From positions 1,680,001-1,712,000 of the forward strand of contig NZ_CP047931.1 in NCBI RefSeq assembly GCF_014280175.1: a DNA stretch of 32,000 nucleotides. The letters are read 5' to 3'. The DNA comes from Synechococcus sp. A15-28. Its GTDB lineage: Bacteria; Cyanobacteriota; Cyanobacteriia; PCC-6307; Cyanobiaceae. This document shows positions 31,794 to 32,000 of this stretch, one piece after another (position 1 is the stretch's first letter; each line of letters opens with the position of its first letter). The notes under the pieces were generated by a model. That model was not told the DNA's origin, searched no databases, and saw nothing but the letters and a program-made list of their open reading frames with translations. Position numbers and translations under genes: made by a program.

Positions 31794-32000
31794 AGCAGCG
31801 AACCCAGATCTTCGGCAGCAATGACTCCCTGGAACTGGAAAACATTCTGTTTGACTGGCCGGATTACTGGAGCAGCAATCAAACGCCGAAAATTTTATTG
31901 GTCGTTCGCGTGACTAATCCGACCACCCCCAGTTACAAACAGGTTCAGATCATTCAAGACCGTATCAATAAAAGACTATGCGAGCAGTTTGACGGTCTGA
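31706..32000 (+). CDS. Frame-shifted continuation of the DUF389 gene (3' partial at window edge)
   Basis: An alternative frame is open from 31508 to the window end. It reads ...GFKLYGRYEQHLYAVKRDNAKVRIEQDISAYLKQRTQIFGSNDSLELENILFDWPDYWSSNQTPKILLVVRVTNPTTPSYKQVQIIQDRINKRLCEQFDGL, which is clearly protein-like. Confidence 0.45.

Noticed and set aside
1-32000. Scan of the whole window for CRISPR arrays, rRNA, IS/transposase genes with terminal inverted repeats, reverse transcriptase (retron/DGR), integron attC sites and lanthipeptide/Nif11-type leader peptides
   Set aside because: I saw no regularly spaced repeats, no transposase or RT motifs (DDE, YxDD) in any listed ORF, and no MSEEQLKAF-type leaders. 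This was a visual scan only, so short or degenerate examples could have been missed.

Overview
The window looks like a GC-rich marine picocyanobacterial (Synechococcus-like) chromosome. That assignment is an inference from gene content and order, not a database hit.

Positions 1-11.1 kb are an ordinary housekeeping block: yidC (5' partial), DUF177, a Ycf46-like AAA+ ATPase, serS, an M50 site-2 protease, rpsN and pnp, then a convergent CysQ-like phosphatase, rsmI, a small membrane protein and an HTH protein.

A tRNA-Arg(UCU) gene lies at 11158-11231. Its anticodon-loop-to-3' segment is repeated at 23817-23859. The repeat has a 16-nt identical core and about 95 nt of imperfect homology that includes the tRNA terminator. 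The two copies bracket a roughly 12.6-kb integrative element.

The right-hand half of the element is a host-like-GC backbone, all on the minus strand: tyrosine integrase, small HTH/excisionase-like protein, AEP-type primase with a PriCT-like C-terminus, and a DUF3987-like P-loop helicase. This layout resembles tRNA-targeting self-replicating islands such as P4/PICI-like satellites and the tycheposons described in Prochlorococcus.

The left-hand half is visibly AT-rich cargo (about 40% GC by hand count of sample lines):
- A 1157-aa fusion of an Upf1-like SF1 helicase, a single-HKD PLD nuclease and a topoisomerase-type zinc ribbon, followed by a micro-ORF and a translationally coupled, very acidic 120-aa protein. 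This is my best candidate for an undescribed or poorly described anti-phage module.
- An orphan HNH nuclease grafted onto a duplicated gene start.
- A TPR lipoprotein.
- Several unknown proteins.

Positions 23.9-30.1 kb are a second accessory-looking stretch. It holds sub-60-aa genes missing from the ORF track (including a DUF4278-like 33-mer), two families of short dispersed repeats, a possible secreted Cys-rich peptide, an ABM-like protein and a serralysin-like RTX metalloprotease. An SPFH/prohibitin gene follows, then a DUF389 gene with in-frame tandem duplications and an apparent frameshift.

I saw no rRNA, CRISPR array, transposase or reverse transcriptase. All family assignments rest on motifs I read in the translations; no HMM or BLAST search was possible.
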